Shown here: piece after piece, positions 1 through 14,780 of the stretch
Numbering within the stretch: the stretch's first letter is position 1
Layout: each line of letters opens with the position of its first letter
Origin: Eledone cirrhosa
Taxonomy: Eukaryota
Assembly (NCBI GenBank): GCA_964016885.1
Contig: OZ024744.1
Location: 38,936,001-39,000,000, forward strand
Length of the DNA: 64,000 bases
Direction of reading: 5' to 3'
Made by a program: the position numbers and the translations under genes
Notes under the pieces: generated by a model
Seen by the model: the letters and a program-made list of their open reading frames with translations, nothing else
The model's database searches: none
Told to the model about the DNA's origin: nothing

Positions 1-364
1 CTATCTATCTATCTACCTCTTTCTCTCTCCCTCTTTCTGTAAACTTATTTATCAGAAATATTTTTTTTTACATTTGATACATACATAGACAAAACACAGA
101 CATATTCAATGTTAATATATACAGCCAGACACACTTAGACACCATCACGAACAATGTACTGACCATTGCACGAATGTATACGATGATACACACACAAATT
201 TAAAAAACAAAATACATACACTCACATGTCCCTTATTCTAATTTTTATTTTCTAATCTCTGATGAAAGACAAACGTCCGATACGTTGAACTTTTTTCTCA
301 CTTTCATCTAAGGCGTTAAGCAAATAAGACTAATCGTTTTTGTAGGTCTGTGTTCGTTAATTTT

Positions 365-367
<3 letters not shown>

Positions 368-445
<78 letters not shown>

Positions 446-557
446 TTGTGTGTGTGTGTGTTTGTGTGTGTGTGTGCATGTGTGCGTACGCGTGCGTGTG
501 CGTGTGCGTGTGTGTGTGTGTGCGTGTGCGTGTGTGCGTGTGCGTGTGTGTGTGTGT
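368..557. repeat. (TG)n microsatellite with CG variants
   Basis: Direct reading. It explains the VCVC/HTHT ORFs. Confidence 0.95.
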
Positions 558-665
558 AAAAGGTAAACAGAAATAACAACACAATCGGTACAGTGTATGG
601 AAGGGATATATTAGGTTAACGCTTGATATAGCAGGAAGAGTGTCTTGACGTTTCGTCCGTCAGAA
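558..665 (-). mobile_element. Short repeat fragment next to a (CA)n tract, probably a PLE terminal (pLTR) piece
   Basis: Near-identical to 36780-36878 (aaaggtaaacag.aataacaacacaatcggtacagtgtatgg...acgtttcg). Both copies abut (TG)n. A CGAAACGT half-hammerhead-like motif lies on the minus strand. Confidence 0.5.
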
Positions 666-874
666 GAAAGAATGAGAAATTAGAATGATTGAAGGGACAG
701 GCAGGGCGGAATCAGAAAAAATGTTTTTAGAGAAAAATAACAGATCCATTCATGTTGACATCTTTTGGAAAACTGTTGGTGCTGGCGTTTGTGTATGATA
801 TACTTTTTTAGAAAAGTGGATGATGGAGTGGTGTCTATCTGAAATGGAAAAAACCCTTTTTTATAAAGAGCTAT

Positions 875-974
<100 letters not shown>

Positions 975-1376
975 TATTATACGCCCGTACGAAGCTAAGA
1001 GGAAATATGTGTGTAATATGTAAGTAAAAAAGTGTGTGTGTGATTGTAAGTATGAAGCTGCGAGCAAAAGTATATTAATGAAAAGGAGTGTATGTATACA
1101 GAGCTGTGCAGGGAAAAGTAGAGGTGTGTGTGCGTATTTTGTTGGTCTGTATCAGCTGTAAGAGTATATGTTTCTAACCATAAGAGAGCCATAGGAATAT
1201 AGTGGTAAATGTACAAGAGCGTGTATGATAATAGACGGGGTAAATGTGACGGCGGCAAAGCGTAGAGAGGTAAGCACGAACGTATATGTGTAATATTAAA
1301 GATGACAGGGAGGGGAGTTGAGTCCATGTGGGAAACAGGACATAACGCGGTAAAACAGACTCTGTTCAGTCCTGGT

Positions 1377-1417
<41 letters not shown>

Positions 1418-1996
1418 CAGCGAGAATCGTATTTCGGCTGGTAGAAAAAGCGAAACGAAACGCAAAATCGTATCGTAGAAATGCTGGCAAGCGCTCCAAT
1501 AGTTAAGAAAACCAGAGCTAAACAATATGTTAAAACGCCATACAAACTGAAAAAGTGGTTAAGAAGGCATTAACCACCTAAGCCAAAAAACAAATCAAGC
1601 TAAACAGGTCAAACAAAATAAATGATAAAAACCTGGACCCAAATGCAATTGGTGGTAAAATCCAAATGCAGGGTTTCTGTGACACCTAAATCAATAATAC
1701 TGTCTGCTTAAAACTATAAACTTTCAGAATAAAGATCGAACAAGGAATATCAGGTTATCAACAGGTAATTTTGCTCTGTAGCCAACTTTGCGAGTGACGC
1801 AGAGCTTAGTAAACGCACATGCGTTTGTCACAGGGGGAAATTCCCCATATTTTGGCAAATGAATTCAGTATGTGTATATCATACAAAAAAATTGCATAGA
1901 TACCACAAATCGAATAAGCACTCAACCGGGTAGTTTTTAAAATAAACTTATGCAATTAACCTGTCAATAGAATTATTAGCAGGTTAATTGTAAGAC

Positions 1997-2283
1997 TTAT
2001 ATATATAAACAGAGAATGTCTGTCTGTCTAACTCCCTAAGACTCGAGAACCACCCAATCGATTTTTTTCAAACTTTATACATGTAATACTTATGGTCGTG
2101 TGAGTGTTTTGAGCCAAAAATATTTCAAATTTTCAATGCCCTAGGGACCGCATTAGGCGATTTAGCGATCTCCCTCTTTCTCTCTCTCTCTTTCTTAGTC
2201 TGTCTTTTTAGATAGATACATAGCTATAACGTCGCGCCTTTATAATATCTGTCTGTATGTCTGTCTCACTACATTATGACACT

Positions 2284-2347
<64 letters not shown>

Positions 2348-3679
2348 TATAAATTATGTCCATAGAATCATTTGATAAGATATACTCCATTTCCTCTCCC
2401 AATTAGCATAATCAACCACACAAAAAAACAATTAAACCAGGATATAAGAATAAAAGGCACATGTGAAGAAATAATAGATAAATAAACGACAGCGATCAAC
2501 AGCTATAGAATATTTACCCAGCATTTCAATAGCACGTGGAAATCGATTAAATATATCGTCAACCATACACAATTAGGTATAAAATTAAAGTTAGAAGAAA
2601 AAATGCATATACACATACCAGGATTACGTTTCTACCCTTTAGGGTTTCGTTCGCTTTCGGAAATATCCTATCAAGGATAAATTCTCAAGCTTCGAACTCA
2701 TCAGGAAACAAACTCACTTGGACGAAGATTTTTCTTAAATGATCCCCGCCAGAAACGAATTCAAAATGGCTAAGAACTGTGACGTGGCAGTGGTAAAGTC
2801 AGAAAGAATGTGATTTGTGCCTTACGGCGTGTGGGCTGGTTGCTAGAAGCGCAGCCTAAAATTGCCTAAATTGCATCTCAACCTTATGGGAGAGTATCAA
2901 ATATAAAGATTTACATATACACAAACTAGACAAAGTCATAGATATATATGTGTTTTTGGAAACCATTCACGATGTGGCTCAATGATGAATTAATAAATTA
3001 AATAATCAGAGCAATATACTATAAATTATGTCCATAGAATCATTTGATAAGATATATACTCCATTTCCTCTCCCAATTAGCATAATCAACCACACAAAAA
3101 AAACAATTAAACCAGGCTATAAGATTAAAAGGCATCTATGAAGAAATAATAGATAAATAAACGACAGCCATCTATTCGCGATCAATAGCTATAGAATATT
3201 TACCCATATATATATATACCCATATACATACCTATATATATAGAGAATCTGACGTTTTTCGAAATATTTACTTCTGCGTTCACAGATTGATATTTTTAGT
3301 TTCAGAAGATCCAGTTAAGTGTGAAAGCAGCGATTCTTCGCTTAAACTTTAATCTGTTATTTTAATATATGTATATATATATAATTATATATTTGTGTAC
3401 ATATATTTTTGCATACACAATAACAAAATATAAACAAACGTATTTATTTCACGAAGCTCGACAGCAGCAAAAACATCAACAAAAAAGAGAGGGACCGCAA
3501 TTACATGTTTTTGAAAAATCTTAATGGAAAATTATTTGCCTATTCACCCAAGGCGACTTCACTTTTTATTAGGACTTCTGCATCAATTGGTGAACATACG
3601 ACGAAACTGTTTCAGAAAGGAGAGATAAACATGCCAATCTATGTTTAGAATCCCGAGCAAAGCCGGGCCATTCTGCTAG
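1997..3679 (+). mobile_element. Non-autonomous Helitron, copy 1 of a tandem pair
   Basis: Head TTATATATATAAACAGAGAATGTCTGTCTGTCT. The 3' end is the hairpin CCCGagcaaagcCGGG followed by CTAG (3676-3679). The body is homologous to 3681-5314. Confidence 0.75.
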
Positions 3680-3680
3680 C

Positions 3681-5314
<1,634 letters not shown>

Positions 5315-6229
5315 TCCATGGATGAGTTCTCTCCAGCGGTCTCTGTCCCTCATTATCGCTGCCAGCGTCTCCAAGAGACCAGTGTCTGTTCTTAGGACAT
5401 CCTCGGTCTTCCTCTTCCACTGTGTCAATGCAGGGCTCTCTCAGGAGCACTGAGTGCAATGTCAACTCTCGATGTCGGTGAGCATGTTCAGCTAACCTCA
5501 GTCTCCTCTGTGAAAGTTTTGAGCTGACTTTTGGGAGGCTCCCATACAGCTCTGAGTTTTTCATCCTCAGTGTATACTGATTAATGTTCAGAGCCATTCT
5601 CAGCATTCTCGTGTAGCACCCATCCACCATCTGGGTGAGTTTCTTGGTCAGTGTCCAAGTCTCAGACCCGTACAGCAGCACAGACTCCACTACAGCAATG
5701 AAGAGACGTATCTTCAGGTCTTTATGAAGGTCCGACTTCCACACCGATCTCAAGCTGTGGCACGCCGCCCAGGCTTTGCTCTTCCTTACAACCACATCAT
5801 CCTCTGTGTTCCCAAACTTTGATCCCAGATACAGGAAGTCCCCAACCAACTCTGACGGCTTCACGCCTACATGCATAATCTTCTCTGGCTTCTTAATGTT
5901 CTATACTTCATCTTAATCTCATTCATTTTCAGCCCCACACTCATCGACACAGTCTCCACCGCCTGCACCAAATCCTCTGCCTCCTTCACTGAGTTTGTCA
6001 CCAGAACTATGTCGTCAGAAAATTCAGCATCCAATATCTTTTTCGCCTTAACTCTCCTGCTCTGAGCCAGTGTTACACGAAAGCCAGAGTCCTGGTGTTT
6101 CTCCAGCGCAAGGCGCATACAATAGTTCACTGAGATGATAAAAAGGTAGGGAACCAACGCATCTCCCTGGAGCACTCCAGCCAGTATCTCAAAGAACTCC
6201 GTCATCCCATCAGGTGTAATGACTTCCAT
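5315..6229 (-). pseudogene. RTE-clade LINE, 3' part of reverse transcriptase (frameshifted)
   Basis: GVLQGDALVPYLF, DAEFSDDIVL (degenerate FADD), FLYLGS and KIRLF...VLLYGSETWTLT are typical of RTE ORFs. Confidence 0.88.
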
Positions 6230-7398
<1,169 letters not shown>

Positions 7399-7606
7399 GT
7401 GTGTGTATATATATATATATTATTTAATTTAATACATAAACAGAGAGAGCTTTAAGCAATACTCCGACCGACTTCCGTCTCACTCAACAAACATTAGGAT
7501 ATACCTTAGTATAATCCCAATTATACGTTTAGGGTGCTAACTATACGTATTTTGCGGATAGCCAGTTGTATTATTTTATATGAGACATAAATATATATAT
7601 ATATAT

Positions 7607-7663
<57 letters not shown>

Positions 7664-7744
7664 TACATATATATATATATTGATTTTGATATTGGTATAT
7701 ATATATATATATATATTGATATACCAACACACACGCACGCGCGT

Positions 7745-7790
<46 letters not shown>

Positions 7791-7920
7791 ATATGCCTAT
7801 ATTCTATCTGCTCCGTTGTGTGCCTTACTTTCTGAGTGTTTATAATTTTCTGTGTGTATTTTTAGTTTTCTTTCCTCTAAGTTTATTTTATTTTTACACG
7901 ATGACTCATTGCTTCTATTG

Positions 7921-7974
<54 letters not shown>

Positions 7975-8164
7975 TATGTGCAACCAAACAAACAACAAAG
8001 TAACATATATCGATCAATGGACACTAGACACAAGTAAACACGCACGACACACCCACCCACACACACACACATATATATAATGTGCATTGCACGTATATAT
8101 ATATATAATATATATATATAATATATATATATATAATATATATATATATATAATATATATATAT

Positions 8165-9190
8165 CTAATAAGGCTATCTTTAACAGGGCGGCACCCTACT
8201 ATAACACGGTGTTAGCTAACAGCGGCTTCTCGTAACCTATCACTTACTCTCCCACTAACAACAACAACAATAAGAAAAGAAATCATAACAATAGACAAAC
8301 TATCTGGTTCTCTCCTCGCTTCTCACTCAACGTTAAAACCAATGTAGGAAAAACATTTCTAGCTCTCTTAGATAGACACTTTCCCATAAGTCATAAATAC
8401 CACTCCATCTTTAACCGACACAAAGTTAAACTAGGATACTCCTGCGCTAAGAACTTGAAGGCCCACATCACCATCAGCCCTAGGAGCAAAACCCACCAGG
8501 ATGCTCTTGCCGTAAGCCTGAAGCTTGCCCCCTTCAACAGCAATGCAACACACCCGCTGTAATTTATGAAGCTGTGGTCACTTCCAACCGACCAAATCAA
8601 CCACAGGAGGTGTAATCCTATGTGGGTATAGCGGAGGGCCGATTTAAGGAACGTTTCGTGAACCACCAGTCGACCTTTAGGTACCCGGACAGACGTTCAT
8701 CCACAAAACTCGCGAGCCACGTATGGTCCCTCAAGGACTCAAGTATAGACTACTCCATTCAATGGAAAGCCATCGCTAAGTCCAAGCCATACGCAAGGGG
8801 AAATCCGTCGTGTGGACTATGTATTGATGAACGAATAAATTTTCTAAATAGATTATGCAATAGTGATTGCCTAAACACGAGAAATGAATTCTTCACACGT
8901 TGTCCACACGTCTCGAAACACCTCTTTCATAACTACAAAGCTCCGGATTGAATTACAACAGCATCATAATTTTCTTATCAACTTGAAACTTTTCGGATTT
9001 TCGCAGTTATTTCCCTTACACCTCTCGCACGCATTTTAGTATTGCCTGTGTGAAGTGACCGGTTTCTGCGCATGCGCGTTCGTACGGTTGTCCTTCCTGT
9101 TCCGTATAACCATGTCCATTACGAGCTGAGGATCCGCTAAGGTGAAACAATTGTTCTCGGTAACCACTGTTGTGTAACCACTTCTCTCTC
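8165..9190 (+). mobile_element. Penelope-like element (Naiad-type) 3' fragment: linker, GIY-YIG endonuclease and pLTR
   Basis: WFSPRFSLNVKTNVGKTFLALLDRHFP at about 8300. ORF 8622-8951 contains GRFKERFVNHQSTF...KLASHVWSLK...CGLCIDE...LNTRNEFFTRCPH. A hammerhead follows. Confidence 0.85.
9122..9159 (+). ncRNA. Minimal type I hammerhead ribozyme
   Basis: cgag CTGAGGA tccgctaaggt GAAA CAATTG TT ctcg: stem I cgag/ctcg, palindromic stem III ACAATTGT, GUU cleavage triplet. Confidence 0.8.
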
Positions 9191-9357
9191 TATATATATA
9201 TGAAATACTGTTGGCTTCACGTTCACAATACTTTCTATACTTTAATTTATATATATTTTTTAGCGATCGACTTTCGTCAAATCGGACCGAGGAAACAATG
9301 TTTCCGTTGGTCTTTCCAATTGCTAATACTATCTATCGTTCGCAACTCCAGGTAGAA

Positions 9358-9480
9358 GGAGCAACGTGAAATAAAGTGTCTTGCTCAAGGACATAACGCA
9401 TCGCCTGGTCCAGGAATCGAACTCACAACTTCACGATTGTGAATCCAATTCTCTAACCACTCAGCCACACGCCTTCACGC
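9358..9480 (-). mobile_element. tRNA-derived CORE-like SINE
   Basis: Minus strand has A box TGGCTGAGTGG, B box GTTCGATTCC, then CORE-like TGTCCTTGAGCAAGACACTT. Confidence 0.75.
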
Positions 9481-9770
9481 CTCATATATATATATATGGC
9501 ATGTTCGTGATCAATTTCACAAACTTCAACCAAAAGAGAGAAGGGCATTCTCCATGTTTTTCAGTAGGTTAAGGTAAAGCCAGAAAATATAGAGTCATAG
9601 GTTTAACAAAGAACACAATAACGCATGTAACTATAGACAGCTGCACACAGAAAGACATATACGTACTCACTGGTTTATATTTGTGATAATAATACATGCG
9701 TGCTTCTATTCCTGTTTCTGTTCACTTTTGTTTCCGTCTACATGGGTAATTTACTCAACTACTATTTAAA

Positions 9771-9967
9771 GGGCGGTGGATTGGCAGTAGAGAGTAGAGA
9801 GTCGAACACCATGCTTTGCAGCATAGAGTTACGGTCCTTTACTGTTTGAGTTCAAATCCCGTCGATGTTAGGTTTGCCTTTCATCCTTACGGGGTCGATA
9901 AAATAAAGCATCAGTAATTCACTGGGGTAATTGCTGGCCTTGTGCAAAAAGTAGAAACATTATTATT
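9771..9967 (+). mobile_element. tRNA-derived SINE with Nin/Deu-like domain
   Basis: B box GTTCAAATCC, GCCTTTCATCCTTACGGGGTCGATAAAAT core, (ATT)n tail. Confidence 0.8.
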
Positions 9968-9976
9968 GTTTAGTAA

Positions 9977-10170
9977 GGCGGGGGATTGGCAGAGTCGGTA
10001 GAGGGTTGGACGCCATGCTTTGACGCATAGAGTTACGGCCCTTGCCATTCTGAGTTCAAATCCCGCCGAGGTTAACGTTGCCTTTCGTCCTTACGGGGTT
10101 GATAAAATAAAGTACCAGTAATGCACGGGATAATTGCTGGCCTTGTGCCAAAAGTAGAAACAATTATTAT
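9977..10170 (+). mobile_element. tRNA-derived Nin/Deu-like SINE, tandem second copy
   Basis: A box TGGCAGAGTCGG, B box GTTCAAATCC, same core and tail as 9771-9967. Confidence 0.85.
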
Positions 10171-10254
10171 TTAAGTTGGCTGCATTGTGGCCGCTTTCTA
10201 AAAAGAATAGCAAACATTTACATATATATGTGTTTGTGTATGTGAGAGAGAGAG

Positions 10255-11130
10255 TGTGTGTGTGTGCATGTGTTCGTGTATGTATATATGTGTTGTAAGT
10301 GTGTGTGATGTGTATGTGCATGTGTTATGTGTGTGATGTGTGTTTCATGTGTGTGTGTGATGTGTGTGACGTGTGTGCGTGATAGGTGTGTGTGATACGT
10401 GTGTGATGTGTGTGTGATATGTGTGACGTGTGCGTGATATGTGTGCGTGTTATGTGTGTGTGATACGTGTGTGATGTGTGTGTGATGTGTGTGTGATATG
10501 TGTGTGTGATATCTGTGTGATGTGTGTGTGATGCGTGTGTGATATGTGTGTGTGATATCTGTGTGATGTGTGTGTGATATGTGTGTGATATGTGTGTGAT
10601 ATGTGTGTGATATGTGTGTGATGTGTGTGTGATGTGTGTTTGTGTGATATCTGTTTGATGTGTGTGTGATATGTGTGTGTGATATCTGTGTGTGATATCT
10701 GTGTGATATCTGTGTGATATCTGTGTGATACGTGCGTGATGTGTGCGTGATGTGTGTGTGATATGTGTGTGTGATATCTGTGTGTGATATCTGTGTGATA
10801 TGTGTGTGATATGTGCGTGATGTGTGTGTGATGTGTGTGTGATATGTGTGTGTGATATCTGTGTGATGTGTGTGTGATGTGTGTGTGATATGTGTGTGGG
10901 ATATATGTGTGTGATATCTGTGTGATATCTGTGTGATACGTGCGTGATGTGTGTGTGTGTGATGTGTGTGTGATATGTGTGTGTGATATCTGTGTGTGAT
11001 ATCTGTGTGATATCTGTGTGATACGTGCGTGATGTGTGTGTGATGTGTGTGTGTGATATCTGTGTGTGATATCTGTGTGATGTGTGTGTGTGAAATGTGT
11101 GTGTGATATCTGTGTGTGATACGTGTGGGT
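10255..11130. repeat. Compound (GT)nGA(TATC) minisatellite
   Basis: About 870 bp of GTGTGTGAT / GTGTGATATCT units. Confidence 0.9.
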
Positions 11131-11144
11131 GGTGTAGGATCTCC

Positions 11145-11356
11145 CCGAGTGATTAAGGAGAAAAATTAGCTGAGCATTTCACAGACACGTGCAACATTAT
11201 TGCAGTTCTCAGTGTGATTCTGCATGACAGTGTGGCTAGTCAAGGCCTTAGAATTGTACAACTAATTTGGCCAGCCATATTGGACTAGTGCAAGTCTCTT
11301 GTTCAAGGGGACAACTCACAATGTTATGATTGTGAGCCAGAGCATGTTAACCACTC
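11145..11356 (-). mobile_element. Decayed tRNA-derived SINE
   Basis: Related to 23380-23605 (gagcatt.cac...gttctc...gagattc.gc.tga). Confidence 0.5.
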
Positions 11357-11380
11357 ATATATATATATATATATATATAT

Positions 11381-11542
11381 ATAGGAACGAGTAGGACCCC
11401 GACGGCTGAGCTCAAGCCGTTTCGAAACGGCTTGAGCTCAGCCGTCGGGGTCCTACTCGTTCCTATTACCCACTCTACTACCCTAAGTATTGAGTACTTT
11501 GGTGCGTTATGGTCCATCTGGTTCCTTACCACATTTCCTTCG

Positions 11543-11545
<3 letters not shown>
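11381..11545 (+). mobile_element. Fold-back pLTR-like insertion with perfect 86-bp palindrome (11381-11466)
   Basis: Palindrome centred on TTCGAA. It holds a hammerhead 3' half, GAAAC-GGC...GCC-GTC, and is flanked by (TA)n. Homologous to 34825-35018. Confidence 0.8.
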
Positions 11546-11589
<44 letters not shown>

Positions 11590-11590
<1 letters not shown>

Positions 11591-12220
11591 TAAGAAGGTA
11601 AGCAAGAGACGTATCCCTTCATCAGCTGTTTACTACAGATGATAGATGTTTCGGCGCTTGAAACAGCACATCGATCTGTAGCGCGCCCATGGCCTTTTAT
11701 CCATCAAAAGACCATGAGGGAAAGAAGTGATAGTGAAGAGAGAGGAAGAAGAAAAAAGAGGAAAAGAGGAAAAAACGAAGTAAACATACCGATAGAAGTT
11801 GGGACACAGGATAATGGCACATGTATTTAAGAAACCGAAGAGAAAGTGGAATAAGTGATAATAAGCCGATGGGTATAAGCCGGTTGGCAGTGATAACTGC
11901 GGAGCAAGGTTTTTCCGTGGCGATCTCGTAAAGTGAGGGTAGAGAGAGAGAAAGACGGAGAAAGCAGAAGTGAGAGAAGGTGAGCAAAAGGGACAGAGAG
12001 AGAGGGGGAGGAGAAGGGAAAGGGAGTTAATCCAAAAGGGCTTTACGACACGTGTGACCAGACCGAAAACAACCAAATGGATGGGAGAGAGGGAGTCGAT
12101 CCGAAAGACAAAATCGTGTAAGACAGCCAGGGAGGTCACAGCAGTACATTCAAAAATACAGGGAAAGAGGCAGGCTGTGTGGTTACTGAAAACGAAGTGT
12201 TAGAAGGTAAACGGGTGGCT
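11590..12220 (-). mobile_element. Decayed Penelope-like 3' fragment
   Basis: Degenerate GIY-YIG C-terminal-like translation, pyrimidine-rich 3' UTR and a CTGATGAAGGG motif on the minus strand. Confidence 0.4.
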
Positions 12221-12310
12221 TCTATAGGACTAGAACTGTTTCATTCGGAGGAAATCATTAGGGCTTCCCTGACGATTTCCTCCGAATGAAACAGTTCTAG
12301 TCCTGTAGAA
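12221..12310. repeat. Inverted repeat (~43-bp arms) with hammerhead-like core
   Basis: tctataggactagaactgtttcattcggaggaaatc...gatttcctccgaatgaaacagttctagtcctgtaga. The core reads CTGACGA...GAAAC...GTC. Confidence 0.7.
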
Positions 12311-12415
12311 CCCATATCTATTTTAAATGTTTATACTCTGCTAAGCACTGAGTACCTTACTTACTGTGGTTACCCCCGATTGAACACGGATAAACTTATA
12401 TATATATATATGTAA

Positions 12416-12461
<46 letters not shown>

Positions 12462-12499
12462 GTACGCATGCGTACACACATATATACACACAGACACAG

Positions 12500-12545
<46 letters not shown>

Positions 12546-12570
12546 CCCTTACGTACATATTTATATGTAC

Positions 12571-12748
<178 letters not shown>

Positions 12749-12779
12749 CAATAATCAAAGTTCAGTTTAAATCATTTAT

Positions 12780-12828
12780 TTGCTTACAATTGTTTCCTCC
12801 AAACCGAGGTTTGGATTCTTCGGAGCAA
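12780..12828 (-). ncRNA. Hammerhead ribozyme with variant core (CCGAAGA)
   Basis: ttgct CCGAAGA a tccaaac ctcg gtttgga g GAAA CAATTG TA agcaa. Confidence 0.7.
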
Positions 12829-13609
12829 CTATTTAGTGATCTATAACATACTTGACCTCCTTTTCAACACAAGAGACATATAAAAACATATGCACATATT
12901 GATCCACAGTGGGATGACATCCATCAAAATGATATAGCATGGCAATTTACATATAAAGGTTAAAGGGTAAAGATAAAAATAAAAATAAAAATAAAAATGA
13001 AGCATTGGCAGTCTATGAAGATAAAGCAAGAGGAAAGTTTAGAGTAGTCAGTGTATGAAACAATCTCACGTGTAGCATGCACGCGTGTCTTATTTATACA
13101 GGATTAGAGTGCGTCAGAATGTTACTTGCAGGGTCAGGCAGTTGAAGCAGGCAATCGATATTATTATGTGGGCTGCATTATTAAATCATTTTTTCGCATA
13201 CACCTGTATGATATACAATCCCGAATGTGGAGAAACACCAAAATATCAAAAATATCAAACATATTATAAAACATATTATAGCGCAGGTAAAACAGTACCA
13301 CTGTCTTCGCGCACACCCCCACTCACATAATCCATGAGACGCAATATATAGACCACGGGTCTATCATATAATCCACGATGGTTCAGCATATAACCAAGTT
13401 ATAAACCGTATCTTGTCGATTCTTAATTAATAGATCATGTTGTTTAGTTTTGTGTGATGATACTATATTCCGGAAGTGTGTGTATGACCAAGGGGAATTA
13501 ATGCGTAAGGGGAGTAACTAGCTGGTTTACTTAGTTAAATTTATTATCCTAAATTACATTAATGGTGTTTCAAATAAGTGCCTATCATATGATGTTATAA
13601 CTAATTTCT

Positions 13610-14430
13610 AGATTATGTTACTTATCTATAGGTTACAGTGTAGTCTATTAAGAAGTACTAAAGGTGTATATATCAGGATGATTACCTTCTATTAAGGGGT
13701 GTCATGTCTGAACATTCTATAAGAAGAGTCAGACCCCCAAATCAATGTTCTTTGTAAGTGTAATTCCACCCGCAGGACCTGGCATGGTCCTATTATTATA
13801 TATGACTCCCGGTAAGCTCTGGGTCATTGTATGTCCGAATCCTTGGTAAATCTGAATATCTCCAGGCTGGTCTGGACATCAAATCTCTCATATAAAGACA
13901 CCGGTCTGGTCATCAAGTAATAGATAAACTCCTATCTCATATATAAATTAAATTAGGTATCTTATCTACAAATTAGAGTGGAGTCTATTAATAAGTACTA
14001 AAGGAGTTCATATCATGAAGATTACAATCTGGAGATCAAATCTCCCATATAAAGTCACCAGTCTGGCCACCAAGCAATACATAAACTCCCATCTCATATA
14101 TAAATTAAATTAGGTATCTTATCTACAAATTAGAGTGGAGTCTATTAATAAGTACTAAAGGGGTTCATATCCTGATGATTACAATCTAATATGGAGTGCC
14201 ACACCTGGACAATCCATAAGAGGAGTCAGACTACAAAAATAATTATAAGGGTCCCACTACTAATAAGGGTCTTATTACTAATAATGGTCTTATCATACAA
14301 GACTCCCGGCAAGTTTCAGGTCATTGTATGACTGCATTCCCGGTAAATTCACCAGGGTGGTCCGGGGACCCGTTCTCTCATCAAAAGATACTAGTCAGGT
14401 CATCAAGCAACACAGAGACTCCTAACTGAT
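13610..14430. repeat. Diverged ~340-bp tandem repeat with an internal ~158-bp duplication, in the PLE 3' UTR
   Basis: cttatcta...gtctatta..aagtactaaagg recurs at about 13620, 13960 and 14118. Confidence 0.75.
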
Positions 14431-14780
14431 GTATCACCTGTGCATAATTCATTGTACTCATCGTATAGAATATATAGTCACATAATAATAAGATTGCTTA
14501 CTTAATCATCAATCTATCTCATGGTGGCACTCCATGCACAGGACTATGATAGCACAACCAATACCGTGTCTACAGTTTATATTAATCATATATTTGTGCA
14601 ATGCAGTTTAAGTAATCCACGGCCGAGATATCAGAATTAGAAGTACATGGGGTATCCCCAGGGTAGATGGTACTATAATGTTGCCACTATTTAGAGTATA
14701 TAAATGGGTGTGGAGATGAGGTGTAAGGTGTGCTACTGATGCTAATTGCTAGATGTGGTGACGGTTTCAGTCTGGCATTG

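Noticed and set aside
251-300. Hammerhead-like CTGATGA...GATAC
   Set aside because: The GAAA core is mutated and the stems are unconvincing; probably a dead remnant.
9771-10170. tRNA genes
   Set aside because: A/B boxes are present, but there is no full cloverleaf and SINE body and tail follow.
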